Shown here: in pieces, positions 51,181-64,000 of the stretch | How positions within the stretch are numbered: position 1 is the first letter of the stretch | Layout: each line of letters starts with the position of its first letter | DNA from: Nemertoderma westbladi | Taxonomy: Eukaryota > Animalia > Xenacoelomorpha | Reading direction: 5' to 3' | Length of the DNA stretch: 64,000 bases | Assembly (NCBI GenBank): GCA_032718475.1 | Contig: JAUCBJ010008029.1 | Coordinates: 17,690 to 81,689, forward strand | Notes under the pieces: model-generated | What the model saw: only the letters and a program-made list of their open reading frames with translations | Databases searched by the model: none | What the model was told of the DNA's origin: nothing | Made by a program: the position numbers and the translations under genes

Positions 51181-52782
51181 GCTAAAGGATTTGTAATGGT
51201 GGTTTTCATGGTCGCTGATATCATTACAAACGTAAGTTTTCACTTTTAACGAAAACTATTATATCTTTATGTCTGTCTGTCTGTCCGTCCGTCCGACAAT
51301 CTGTCTGTCAACATATAAGGGCATCATACCATCAAGCTAAAACGTTTCTGTTGTGGTTTTTCCTGGTCGCTGATTTGAATTCCGATATCAGTTTTCATAT
51401 TTAGAGAAGTATATTGTCTGTCTGTCTGTATGTATGTCCATCTGTCTGTCTGTCAAAATTTAAGGAATTATATGATGTTAGACAACCACGACTTTAGAGG
51501 GATTGTGATATTAATATGAATACAATAAAATAGGACATGGGGTCTAATTCCCTCAGATACTACCTAGCATTCGGCGGACAAAATGTCCTATATTTTTCGT
51601 AATTTATGGGATAGCCTATTTCGTGCAATACTTACCGGAACCTGTAGTTACTGTATGGTTTGGTGCAATTTTTCTTGTGGGTGTGTCAGTGTGTATGTCG
51701 GAAGCATATAATTGACGGAAGCCAAAGATATAACTAGCCATAGTAAAATTATAATTGTTCGCTAAGATGGCTTGCAGATTTTGCTGCACAAAGGCCCCAC
51801 TCGCGTTGTTGTTATTTGCAATTAAGGGAGGAGAGTAGCACCCACCTATTTTGGAGATTGACAAAAAACTTTTTTTATTCTATCGTGTGCCAAATTGAAT
51901 GGAGATTTCAAATCTGCAAGCAGTTTTCTCATATCTTTTCTCAAACTCAAGTTGTTACCCAAAACGTAAGAGCTAGTCTGATTTTTGTAAAGCCGTACAG
52001 CAGCACTATATTTAACAATTGTGTGGGGCCCTTTTCATAATAAGGCTCTCACGGTACAGATATGAATAAAATTGCTAAAACGTTGTTTTACTAGTTATCT
52101 GTTTAGCAAGCATGAAAAATTTTGTCGAATTTCATTCATTTTTGACAAAGTTATTGACGAACATAGAAAATTGGTATTATCTAAAATAGCGGGAAGGTTT
52201 AAATTGTTCCTTAAACTTTAAACACCCATATCTCATTCTCAGAATGACGTTTTTTCATGAAAAAAGCTATTTCTCCGCCAAGTTTAACTGAAATGAGTTG
52301 AAATTTGGTACATTTGTTAAGATTACCCTTCTCCATACTCCTTCTTAACAAATTTGGTTGGAAATACCCTGGAGCCTTTTTATATCAAAAAGGCCCAAAA
52401 AAAATCTTTTTTGGGGCCTTTTTGTTCTAAAAAGGCTCCAGAGCATTTCAGGCAAAATTTGTTAAGAAGAATTGGATGCAGGGTTCTTCTGAACTTATAA
52501 TCCAAATTTCGACAATTTTCGACAAATATTGGTGGAGAAATAGCCTTTGGCGCAAAAAGGCACTTTTGGCCATTACGGAGCCATTTTGTGGCCAATTTTA
52601 AAAATATTTGTTTTGGTTATTCTCAGACAGTCCAGACGATTCTTAGTACCACAAAAAATAATTTTCACCCAATTTTATGGTCCAGAGACACAAAAATGTG
52701 AGGTTCAATGTGGGGGTGCTACCCCCCCCCCCCCCCCCTTAAATCTGGAAATTTTTATTCTTTCAGCATTCAAGAAAAGGTA

Positions 52783-52805
52783 ACAGAGCTGCTAGGCAGC
52801 TCTGT
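52783..52805. other. Perfect 10-bp stem-loop, possibly a Helitron/Helentron-type 3' hairpin
   Basis: acagagctgc-tag-gcagctctgt; (CTGT/CCGT)n tracts typical of Helentron-derived repeats lie at ~51270-51455. Confidence 0.4.
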
Positions 52806-52967
52806 AAATTAAACAAGTGCGAAGTAGCTTAAAGATCCTCATTTATTAATTGACGCCTTGATTATATTCACTTTAGCAAAGTTTAAACTAAACATGGATC
52901 TGTCTTCTCCTTAAATGGCTTACTACCAACCACCTGAATCATGCTTTCTTCGAAAAAACATAACATG

Positions 52968-55900
52968 AATATGGGACTCAAACACCCTATATGGGACAAA
53001 AACAACCTATTTGGGACAAATTGAAATTAAAGCTATGGTAGTGAATTCTATATTCTTTTGAGTATTCCATGAGATTTAGAAACTATTTAAAATCATTTTG
53101 AGAAAGTCACACGCTATTTGGGACACAAACACCCTATATGGAACACAAACACCCTATATGGGACAAAAACAACCTGTTTGGGACAAATTGAAATTAAAGC
53201 TATGGTAGTGAATTCTATATTCTTTTGAGTATTCCATTACATTTCGAAACTATTTAAAATCAGTATAAGCAATTCACACCCTATATGGGACTCAAACACC
53301 CTATATGGGACAAAAACAACCTATTTGGGACCAATTAAAATTAAAGCTATGGTAGTGAATTCTATAGTCTTTTGAGTATTCCATTACATTTCGAAACTAT
53401 TTGAAATGATTATAAGCACTTCATACCCTATATGGGACACAAACACCCTATACGGGACACAAACACCCTATATGGGACACAAACAACCTATTTGGGACAA
53501 ATTTAAATTAAAGTTATGATAGTGAATTTTATATTATTTTGAGTATTCCATTACATTTAGAAACTATTTAAAATCATTATAAGCATTTCACACCCTATAT
53601 GGGACTCAAACACCATGTATGGGACAAAAACAACCTATTTGGGACAAATTGAAATTAAAGCTATGGTATCGAATTCTATATTATTTTGAGTATTCCATGA
53701 TATTTAGAAACTATTTAAAATAATTTTGAGAAAGTCACACGCTATTTGGGACACAAACACCCTATATGGGACACAAACACCCTATATGGGACACAAACAA
53801 CCTATTTGAGACAGATTTAAATGAAAGCTATGGTAGTGAATTCTATATTCTTTTGAGTATTCCATTACATTTCGAAACTATTTGAAATCATTATAAGCAC
53901 TTCACACCCTATACGGGACACAAACACCCTATATGGGACACAAACAACCTATTTGAGACAAATTTCAATTAGAGCTATGATAGTGAATTCTATTTTCTTT
54001 TGAATATTCCATTATATTTAAAAACTATGTAAAATCATTTTGAGAAAGTCATACGCTATTTGGCACACAAACACCCTATATGGGACAAAAACAACCTATT
54101 TGGGACAAATTTAAATTAAAGCTATGATAGTAAATTCTATTTTCTTTTGAGTATTCCATTATATTTATAAACTATGTAAAATCATTTTGAGAAAGTGACA
54201 CGCAATTTGGGACACAAACACCCTTTATGGGACACAAACACCCTATATGGGACATAAACAACCTATTTGGGACAAATTTAAATTTGAGTTATGATAGTGG
54301 ATTCTATTTTCTTTTGAGTATTTCCATTATATTTATAAACTATGTAAAATCATTTTGAGGAAGTCACCGCTATTTGGCACAAAAAACACCCTATATGGGA
54401 CGAAAACAACCTATTTGGGACAAATTGAAATTAAAGCTATGGTAGTGAATTTTATATTCTTTTGAGTATTCCATTACATTTAGAAACTATTTAAAATCAT
54501 TATAAGCACTTCACACCCTATACGGGACACAAACACCCTATATGAGACACAAACAACCTATTTGGGACAGATTTAAATGAAAGCTATGATAGTGAATTCT
54601 ATATTCTTTTGAGTATTCCATTACATTTCGAAACTATTTGAAATCATTATAAGCACTTCACACCCTATACGGGACATAAACACCCTATATGGGACACAAA
54701 CAACCTTTTTGGGACAAATTTCAATTAGAGCTATGATAGTGAATTCTATTTTCTTTTGAATATTCCATTATATTTATAAACTATGTAAAATCATTTTGAG
54801 AAAGTCATACGCTATTTGGCACACAAACACCCTATATGGGACAAAAACAACCTATTTGGGACAAATTTAAATTAAAGCTATGATAGTAAATTCTATTTTC
54901 TTTTGAGTATTCCATTATATTTATAAACTATGTAAAATCATTTTGAGAAAGTGACACGCAATTTGGGACACAAACACCCTATATGGGACACAAACACCCT
55001 ATATGGGACATAAACAACCTATTTGGGACAAATTTAAATTAAAGTTATGATAGTGGATTCTATTTTCTTTTGAGTATTTCCATTATATTTATAAACTATG
55101 TAAAATCATTTTGAGGAAGTCACCACTATTTGGCACAAAAAACACCCTATATGGGACGAAAACAACCTATTTGGGACAAATTGAAATTAAAGCTATGGTA
55201 GTGAATTTTATATTCTTTTGAGTATTCCATTACATTTAGAAACTATTTAAAATCATTATAAGCAATTCACACCCTATATGGGACTCAAACACCCTATATG
55301 GGACAAAAACAACCTATTTGGGACAAATTGAAATTAAAGCTATGGTAGTGAATTCTATATTATTTTGAGTATTCCATGAGATTTAGAAACTATTTAAAAT
55401 CATTTTGAGAAAATCACACGCTATTTGGGACACAAACACCCTATATGGGACACAAACACCCTATATGGGACACAAACAACCTATTTGGGACAGATTTAAA
55501 TGAAAGCTATGATAGTGAATTCTATATTCTTTTGAGTATTCCATTACATTTCGAAACTATTTGAAATCATTATAAGCACTTCACACCCTATACGGGACAC
55601 AAACACCCTATATGGGACACAAACAACCTATTTGGGACAAATTTCAATTAGAGCTATGATAGTGAATTCTATTTTCTTTTGAATATTCCATTATAATTAA
55701 AAACTATGTAAAATCATTTTGAGAAAGTCATACGCTATTTGGCACACAAACACCCTATATGGGACAAAAACAACCTATTTGGGACAAATTTAAATTAAAG
55801 CTATGATAGTAAATTATATTTTCTTTTGAGTATTCCATTATATTTATAAACTATGTAAAATAAATCATTTTGAGAAAGTGACACGCAATTTGGGACACAA

Positions 55901-56600
55901 ACACCCTATATGGGACACAAACACCCTATATGGGACATAAACAACCTATTTGGGACAAATTTAAATTTGAGTTATGATAGTGGATTCTATTTTCTTTTGA
56001 GTATTTCCATTATATTTATAAACTATGTAAAATCATTTTGAGGAAGTCACCGCTATTTGGCACAAAAAACACCCTATATGGGACGAAAACAACCTATTTG
56101 GGACAAATTGAAATTAAAGCTATGGTAGTGAATTTTATATTCTTTTGAGTATTCCATTACATTTAGAAACTATTTAAAATCATTATAAGCACTTCACACC
56201 CTATACGGGACACAAACACCCTATATGAGACACAAACAACCTATTTGGGACAGATTTAAATGAAAGCTATGATAGTGAATTCTATATTCTTTTGAGTATT
56301 CCATTACATTTCGAAACTATTTGAAATCATTATAAGCACTTCACACCCTATACGGGACACAAACACCCTATATGGGACACAAACAACCTATTTGGGACAG
56401 ATTTAAATTAAAGCTATGATAGTGAATTCTATTTTCTTTTGAGTATTTCCATTATATTTATAAACTATGTAAAATCATTTTGAGAATGTTACATGCTATT
56501 TGGGACAAAAACTCCATGTATGGGACATAAACACCCTATATGGGACATACACAACCTATTTGGGACAAATTGGAATTAAAGCTATGATTATGAAGTCGCG
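52968..56600 (-). repeat. ~146-169-bp satellite array, right arm of the foldback element (inverted, longer than the left arm)
   Basis: Reverse complement of the 47960-50010 monomer (cctatttgggacaaatt...). Confidence 0.95.
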
Positions 56601-57414
56601 TTTTCGGTATTCCTTTACATTTATAAACTATTTGAAATAATTTTGATAAAGCTACAGGCTATTTTGGACAAAATCAACCTATACGTGACACTAACAACCT
56701 ATTTGAGTAAAATTTTAGACTTATGAAGGACTATTTGGGATGAGTTGAGTCTGGGGGAGGAGGTTGCGATATCACTAATTTGATTTTCATTTAATTATTA
56801 TTATACGAATGTATTTAGATTTATTATAAGTTAATAAATTGCACCACATGAATAAATTGCACAATGAATAAGTTGCACAACATGAATAAATTGCACAATA
56901 TTATGAATAAATTGCACAACATGAAATAACGTGACTATGATGACCCTATAGCCTATAATGCATCACAGTCTTACAAGCCATTTGCAAGGCACCCACAGTA
57001 TATCTTTAACCATAACTTGGGAACATGTATTCCAAATGCCCTTATTTAGAATGGGAATTTTCACTGTACATATACCTCAACCAGCTCTTGTCCCAAATAC
57101 GTTGCTCGGTCCAGTATAGGTTGTTATAATGAGCCCGGATTCGTAGCTGACACTTGGATTATATATCAGTGGAATTTTCCATTAACCTTTACATTATATA
57201 GCCAATAAGGGAGATGCCTAACTGTAGGAATGTTGGTATTGGTCCGATGACGAGGAGTTGGCTCATATGATGATTTGATTGGATGCCCCTATATTGGACA
57301 GGTTGGAAATCATTAGGCATCGTATTTGGGACAGGTAGGACTAATAGAAAGCCCCATAGAAGTGAAGGGAAACACCCTATTCTGGACAATGATGTAGATA
57401 CTATTGATTTGATG

Positions 57415-60400
57415 ACCATTTACTGATGGTTTTTTAAGGTGGCGGATGCAACCAATATTGGGTTTGATGGAAATAGTCTGGCTCCGTATAACGCGGATGG
57501 TGTTTCAGCTCCAGTTTATTCTCCACGAGTTCAATGGGAAAAAGCAACCGCGTTTAACCTCGGGAACTACAAGGTGGAAACCAACCATGCTCTGTCAAAT
57601 CTCGCAAGTCCGTGGGAGGCGCTTTTCGTGTACAGACCCCCTCTGTGCGAAAAGCGAACACAGGGATGCCCTAACCCTATTATATACAAATATAACCAAG
57701 GTCCTCACTGAGTCGGCATCGCAATCGGTTCACCACGGCCGCACAGCTTCGGGTACCGAAGGGTCACATAATGTGGCTGGGTGGAATGATCAGGTTGAAG
57801 AACTACATCATTGCGCGCGGCAATGTTTTCTGGATTGGCGGTTGGATGGTAGTCCGAGATCCGGGTTAGAGTTCCAGTTAATGACTCGTTCGAGGGCCAA
57901 GTTTAAACTTCGACTGCAAGCTATTAAGAGAAACGCGGAAACTATTCACAGTGATAAACTGGCTTCAAGTCTTGATGATAAGGACTGTTATAAATTCTGG
58001 GCGAATGTTCGGAAAAATATCCAGTCAAAGGCGAAACCAATGAGTACGGTTGGTGTTGTCGCGTTTCAGCAACTGATAGTAGCTTTAGAGAAGCGTTTCG
58101 GCAAATCATAGTCGCATTTCGGCAACATGGTAATAAGGTGGCATTTTGGCAACTCATAGTTTCATTTTGGCAACTCATAGTTGTATTTCGGCAACTGTTA
58201 ACATGATGCGCTTAGGCAAACTGATAGATAGATGCGTTTTGGCAATTTGTAAACAAAGGCCAACTGGATACTGTATAGAGCCTAGAGTATAGATTATTAC
58301 CATTGCCTCATTACATTTCCCATTATTCAATTTCATTTTACTTTGGTTTACCCACGCCTACTTCAACACTACTGACTATAAATGACAACAATAAATGAAT
58401 TATTATTATTGTGATTATGTTTGATCCATAAAATCAAAGTTAGGGCTACTACTTTACACATGTTGTGGAAGTCTATATCCCCTTGTAAGCGTAATATTGT
58501 ACCGGTAAGCCTGAGTGAGCAAAATATAAAAAAAAATTATTCAAAAAATTACCAATTCAACAAAAATTAACTGAAATTAATTATTACTGAGAAGTTGTAG
58601 CTGTAAACCCCGCCCAGCAAGGTGCGCTTCGCTTTGTATTAGAAAAACTCCCCTTGGAAATTGAAAACGGGATTTGTGTTTCAGACAAACAGACTCCAGT
58701 TCCAAACGTTTACATCCACAACTTCAGCTGCGGAATATTTAAAATTAACTAACTAACTCAAACAGTTAACAACTCTGCTGTCAAAAACTATAAGTAACTT
58801 AAACTTGTCATTACAGATACAGATACCATAACTAGTTGCCGAAACGCGACTTCAGTTCGCCAACATGCAACTATGAGTTGCCGAAACACAACTATAGCAG
58901 TTGGTGAAACGTAATTGTCCATTTGCCGAAAAGCCAATTTGAGTTGCCTAAACGTGACAGTTGCCGAAACGCGACGTAACCATACGGTTGGGGAGTCTCT
59001 GGTCTACCCGATGTAGCGAATATGTGGGGCGACCACTATATAAGGGAGTATTCAATTCTGTTATTGACTCTAAATGTGGTGTAGATGATTTTGGTTAAAT
59101 GTTTGATAATATAACATATAGTTCACATATGCGCTTCACTAATGATGAAGTGATAGATAGTATATTAAAACTGACACGGATTAAAGCAGCGGGCCCAGAT
59201 GGCGTACAAGCAGAGCATATTAAATATGCCTCTGATCAGCTGGTCTCTGTGCTATCACTGCTTTTTAGCAGTTTTAATATACATGGGTTTGTACCGGACA
59301 GTTTAGTGCAGTCTAATATTTCACCGATAGTGAAAGATAAAGCTGGCGACTGTTCAGATACTGGTAATTACCGCCCCGTAGCGGTGGCCAATATTATTTG
59401 TAAATTGTAGGAGCTAATTATATTAGGTAGATTAGAATCATTATTGGAGACCACCGCGAATCAATTTGGTTTTAAAAAGTTACTACGTACTGAACAATGT
59501 ATTTATACATTAAAAGAGATAATAAATTTTTACTTAAATCGTGATTCGAATATATATGTAGCCTTCCTCGATGCCTCGAAGGCATTTGATAATGTTAATC
59601 ACCATAATTTATTCTATAAACTTATTGATCATAAAGTTCCCATATTTCTAGTGCGTATTATAGTTTTTATGTACTCCCATCAAACTATGTGTGCAGTGTG
59701 GCATGGCTTCAAGTCGGATCCATTTTATAACGAGCTTAGCCTCAATCTTAATAGTATCGGTATAGGTTGTAGCCTAAACGGCCTGGTGGTAAATCATTTT
59801 ATTTATGCTGATGATATTCGCATAATTGCAACAAATCCGTGGGCATTGCAGAACCTATTAGATGCATGTGTTAAATTTGCTTCACAGAACTCAATGACTT
59901 TTAATACTAAGAAATCTAAATGTGTATATTTTCGTTGTAGGAGCCGTCCATTTTTTAGCTTTGCCACTGTGTTTTTAGGTAGTCATCCTTTAACTGCGGT
60001 AGATGAATTTAAATATTTAGGACACATAATCTCGTCGGACAGACTTTTGTGACGATAAAGATATTATGTCTCAAACTCGTAAATTGTACTGTCGTTCTAA
60101 TATGCTGATTAGAAAATTTAGCTATTGTAGTATGAAAGTGAAACAATATCTGTTTAATACCTATTGCTCTACTATTTACTGCTGTGCTCTTTGGTCAGAG
60201 GTGTACTTCATACAGTCTATTTTTAATAAACTATGTGTGGTCCTACATAGAGCTGTGCGATCGCTGTTTGGCATTAAATTGTATGACAGTGAGACGATAA
60301 ACAGCGCTAGCCTGATACTTGCTAATAACGACATCAGATCCATTAAAGAAATAGTGAGAAACTCTCTATGTACAGTAGTCTTCATAGAAGAGTAGACCTC

Positions 60401-60673
60401 CAAAGTCCTCCAATGAAATAGTCCTCCAATGATTCGCGCCATTTGTCGTCCATCGTCTACTATATTTGCAACATATTGTAGAATTTGTCGTGTCACCTAA
60501 GTGTAATTATTGTTTTTTTTTAGTTATATACTTTACCTGTATTTACTTAGGCCTACACACTATATAACATTATTTCAGGACCCTACATTTTTTATTATCC
60601 TGGTGCTAATTTTTACTAGTTACGTGTTTAGATATGGCACTTTTTAGCTGAATTAAAAAAAATATTATTATTA
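57415..60673 (+). mobile_element. 3' part of the RTE-X-like LINE ORF2 (decayed RT) and 3' UTR
   Basis: AGWND, KFWANV, KAAGPDG, GNYRPV, NQFGF, FLDASKAFD, YADD, EFKYLG, RSNMLIRKF..C...K..LF..YC...Y...LW; A-rich/(att)n tail; the GVxQG block is deleted. Confidence 0.88.
58052..58981. mobile_element. MITE (MULE/Merlin-like GG termini) inserted in the LINE
   Basis: TIR ggtgttgtcgcgtttcagcaactg / cagttgccgaaacgcgacgtaacc; flanking duplication (g/a)TACGGTT; subterminal tttcggcaac motifs. Confidence 0.85.
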
Positions 60674-60675
60674 AA

Positions 60676-61400
60676 TAAGTCGGACTTTCGAGATGCACTT
60701 GCAATGCGCTACAACCTGCCGATCAATGGCCTCCCAACTACATGTGTTTGCTCAGCATCCTTTACCCCTGACCATGCCCTTATTTGCAAGAAAGGCGGTT
60801 TTATCGCATTGAGACACAATGAAACGCGCGATATAATTGCCAATCTGCTTAAGGAAGTCTGTGTGGATGTTGGAGTAGTACCTAGTTTGCTACTACTGTC
60901 TGACTAGGTATTAACACCTTCCTCTGGAGTTTCTGGAAATGAAGCTCGTCTTGATGTGTCAGCAACAGGTTTTTGGAGCCGCTACTCCAAGTCATTCTTT
61001 GATGTACGGGTATTCTATCCCAATGCTGCATCCTATCTCCCATCCTCCATAGACAATTTATTAAAGAACCAAGAGGCTGAGAAGCGACGGAAATATAATG
61101 ATAGTGTACTGAATGTAGAACGTGCATCATTTACTCCTCTCGTTTTTACCTCTAGCGGTGCTGCAGGACCTGAGTGTGGCCGATTTTTAACGCATTTTGC
61201 TGGTCGTCTGGCGGAGAAGCGTGATTCCACATATTCATCGGTTGCACATTGGTTGCGATGTCGACTTTCCTTCAGCTTACTCCGTACAACTGGGCTTTGC
61301 CTTCGAGGTCACCATAGTCCTCTTTCCTATAACTCCGTGCCAGCAGAGGATCCGTGCGCGGCTTACTTCCAACCTATGCCCCTCTTTTTACTAAAGTTTA
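60676..61400 (+). pseudogene. 3' end of a CRE-clade retrotransposon: zinc knuckle and restriction-like endonuclease
   Basis: FRDALAMRY..CVC...DHALICKKGG...RHNETRD; ARLDV...GFW...FFDVRV...EKRRKY...FTPLVF; internal stops. Confidence 0.9.
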
Positions 61401-64000
61401 TATTAATTACTATACTATCCTATAAACTGTATACATAAAGTACGACAATAGAACTTGGCATTGATTTATGTGATGTTCTTTGTCATATTATAACAAGATT
61501 ATTATGTACAATATCCTACACTCTTAAAATTGGTGGTGACTGTATTATAGTTAAAGGTGAAATGTTACTAACACTAACTATTAATACTAAAATTATTATG
61601 TTAATTTCGTGCCAGATAATAAGGTTGTATTTATTGTTATTTATTTGTAGCATTTTATTGATACGCAATCATTATATATATGTATGGATAAAAAAAAAAT
61701 AAAAAATAAAAATATAATATTAGTTATAATTATTTAGTTAACAATTTTCGCTATTTAAGAAAAATATAGGACCTATGGATAAATCATGACTACTAAATTG
61801 TAAGGAATTATCAAAAGATTTGAATGGCGAAAAAATATACATAATTTATAACTAATATTAGTTATAATTAATTAGGTAATAATTTTCGCTATTTAAAAAA
61901 ATATAGGTCCAATAAAAAAGTTAAGACATTCAAAGTTGTAGAGAATCTTCAATGAACCAACCTCATCCCCACTATCCGGATTGCCACCTGAATCGCTCCA
62001 ACTGACTTCGCCATAATCCGAGTCACCTGCACCACTGTCACTCCATTGCATCACCATAGGCAAACCTCGTGGGAGCGTCTATCATTGCCTCCTAGGGTAT
62101 TTACTGCTACAACCAGCTTCCTCATCCCCAGGATGTTCATGCTCCATAATTACACATACTGTATATACAGCCATAATGCAGTAATGGACTATTAATGGAA
62201 CCGGCATATGGTACCATATAAGTAAACTATTTAAGTAAATGATCCGCAATGTTTATTTCAGAAATGTTTAATTCGGCAACGCGAATAAGAATCTACCGAA
62301 TAGAAACGAATAGAAGACCACCGGGGCTAAATGTTTTGATTATGATTTCTTTGTTCCAGAACGTTGTTACAGGGTGGGTGGGCAATTTGGTGCTAGTGAA
62401 AATTTAGACTTCATTTATTTAGTTCAAAATCATTAGAAATCTCAATTTTTTTTACTATGATATGACAATTTTACTAATAATATCACATTATATTTACCAA
62501 ATAATGGTGTCATAATATACTAAAATTATTAATTATTATGTTATTCTAAATGATATTAGCTATTGTGTAAAATAATTAAAATTAAATAAAATCAGTTTAA
62601 GTTTTGGAGATAATAGGAACGGATTTTTTTTTTTTGGGGGGGGGGGGGGGGGGTACATCATGGGATTGAGAGCTTTTACTGTTGGCCTTAACAAAAAATA
62701 ATTTATTATTAGTAATAAATTCAACAAACCAAAAAATAATAATATGGTTGGTTATTCTTTAAATCCCATTTTTTAAAGGTGAGACATGGGGGGGGGGGGG
62801 GGGGGGGGTGAGGACAGGATCCAAATCCCATCTTGGGGGATTAATATCCCGCCACAATGTTAAATTCTCAATTTAGGGAAAGGAGCAGGTTTCAAAGGTA
62901 CGTATTTTAACCAAAACAATAAACTAAATACAACAGTTTTATTTTTGAGAGTAATCAGCTGTTATTTGCGTCTAATTTCCAGCTGGAGAGGGATGAATGT
63001 TTATTGCGTCCAGTCTCCGACCCCCCCCCCCCCCCATCTGTTAGTAAAGGGTGGCGTATTTTGAGTAAATTATTTTATTCCTGTTCGCGCTTTCAGACCT
63101 TTAGCAGTTTAACCTGCCAATTTTAATTGTCCTTTTGAGTATGAATCGACCTTGCCCGTACCAATTACCTGGTTTACTGAATTTACATCCGCCGAAGCCA
63201 GTCCGAGCGCGGTGTATGACCCACGGTGTGGGAGACTGGATTCGGGTTCCGGAGGAAGTATTGCGGTGTAGGCTACTTTGTATTATTCGATTGATCACTA
63301 CTATATAATCTCTGACAACTATATTTACTTTCGGGGAGATATTAACAGTTCGTTTAGGACGTGGCGCTTTAAGTATAAAACAGAGTTATGACTTACACTA
63401 ATCACAACTAGATGGCTATGGAATCTCGTAAATAGCGTATTCTTTAGGAGATGCTTTATAAACCTTCACACTACTTCACACTAATTCACACTAATTTGCC
63501 GACCGTCACTGATTTTGATCATATATACGGAGGATTTCAACTGACACAGGTAGGGATTATGAAATAGCATTTAATTCACACAAAAACCACTATAATTTAA
63601 GTCGCAGTTGCTACCGGTAAACTCTTTCTCCGGTTACCTCAGTAATCAAGAAGATTGAGGGGGTTTACAATTATTTATCGGTAGGTATTCTCCAAATATA
63701 ACATCCATGAATATAAACAACAATTAACACAATATAAAACAGCATTAAAACAGTGTGGTGAACAGTCAGTATGTGTTCAGTCATATGAGTTGGTGTGGTG
63801 AAATATGTTAATAGATTTACGTCTTTATAACTCCAACCATCAGATGTTCTTGGGCTAAAGTATGAAACTTCCGTACTTAGTACAGAATTCTGAGATGAAT
63901 CTAATTATCAGAAAAACGATAACTAAATGTGCATGCGTCAGTTTCTCAGGTAGGTCTCTACTGGCATAACTGGGAAGATTGCTCTGATTGGCTGAAATAA

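Larger units (their letters stand above)
47142..57406. mobile_element. 10.3-kb foldback element with long TIRs that continue into inverted satellite arrays (P/Galileo-like)
   Basis: 8-bp TSD ATTTGATG (47134-47141 / 57407-57414); ~800 bp of unique inverted sequence at each end; termini gagtagtgtc / caatagtatc (reverse complement); removal restores the endonuclease motif LVFDDHL. Confidence 0.9.

Noticed and set aside
57189-57419. Conserved small membrane protein also seen at the end of ORF 46556-47359
   Set aside because: The identity arises because both are the TIRs of the foldback element
61960-62160. Minus-strand acidic Ser/Gly/Asp-rich stretch resembling a transposase N-terminus
   Set aside because: Interrupted by a stop, with no catalytic motifs or termini found
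63097-63270. Possible exon with faint discoidin-like wording (…YDPRCGRLDSG…)
   Set aside because: The available acceptors lead into in-frame stops; similarity too weak without a search

Overview
Eukaryotic (animal, probably invertebrate) genomic DNA, AT-rich and dominated by repeats; not prokaryotic. It opens with the last three exons of a TSC1/hamartin gene (891-4836, +). A ~17.6 kb stretch follows, made of a 34/35-bp satellite with higher-order structure and one intact APE-RT LINE ORF2 insertion (LMDD active site, no upstream AUG). Next come tRNA-derived SINEs, hairpins, piggyBac-type elements and decayed CR1/L2- and CRE-type LINEs. A two-exon gene missed by the ORF track (33268-33609) encodes a 69-aa secreted precursor: signal peptide, acidic propeptide ending LEER, and a 28-aa six-cysteine mature peptide (toxin/defence-peptide architecture). 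At 39.1-45.5 kb an LTR-type (BEL/Pao-associated) region carries a decayed DEDDy 3'-5' exonuclease/zinc-knuckle ORF. An RTE-X-like LINE (45.5-60.7 kb) is split by a 10.3 kb foldback element with satellite-filled inverted arms (8-bp TSD) and by a 0.9 kb MITE. All family assignments come from motif recognition by eye; no database searches were run.
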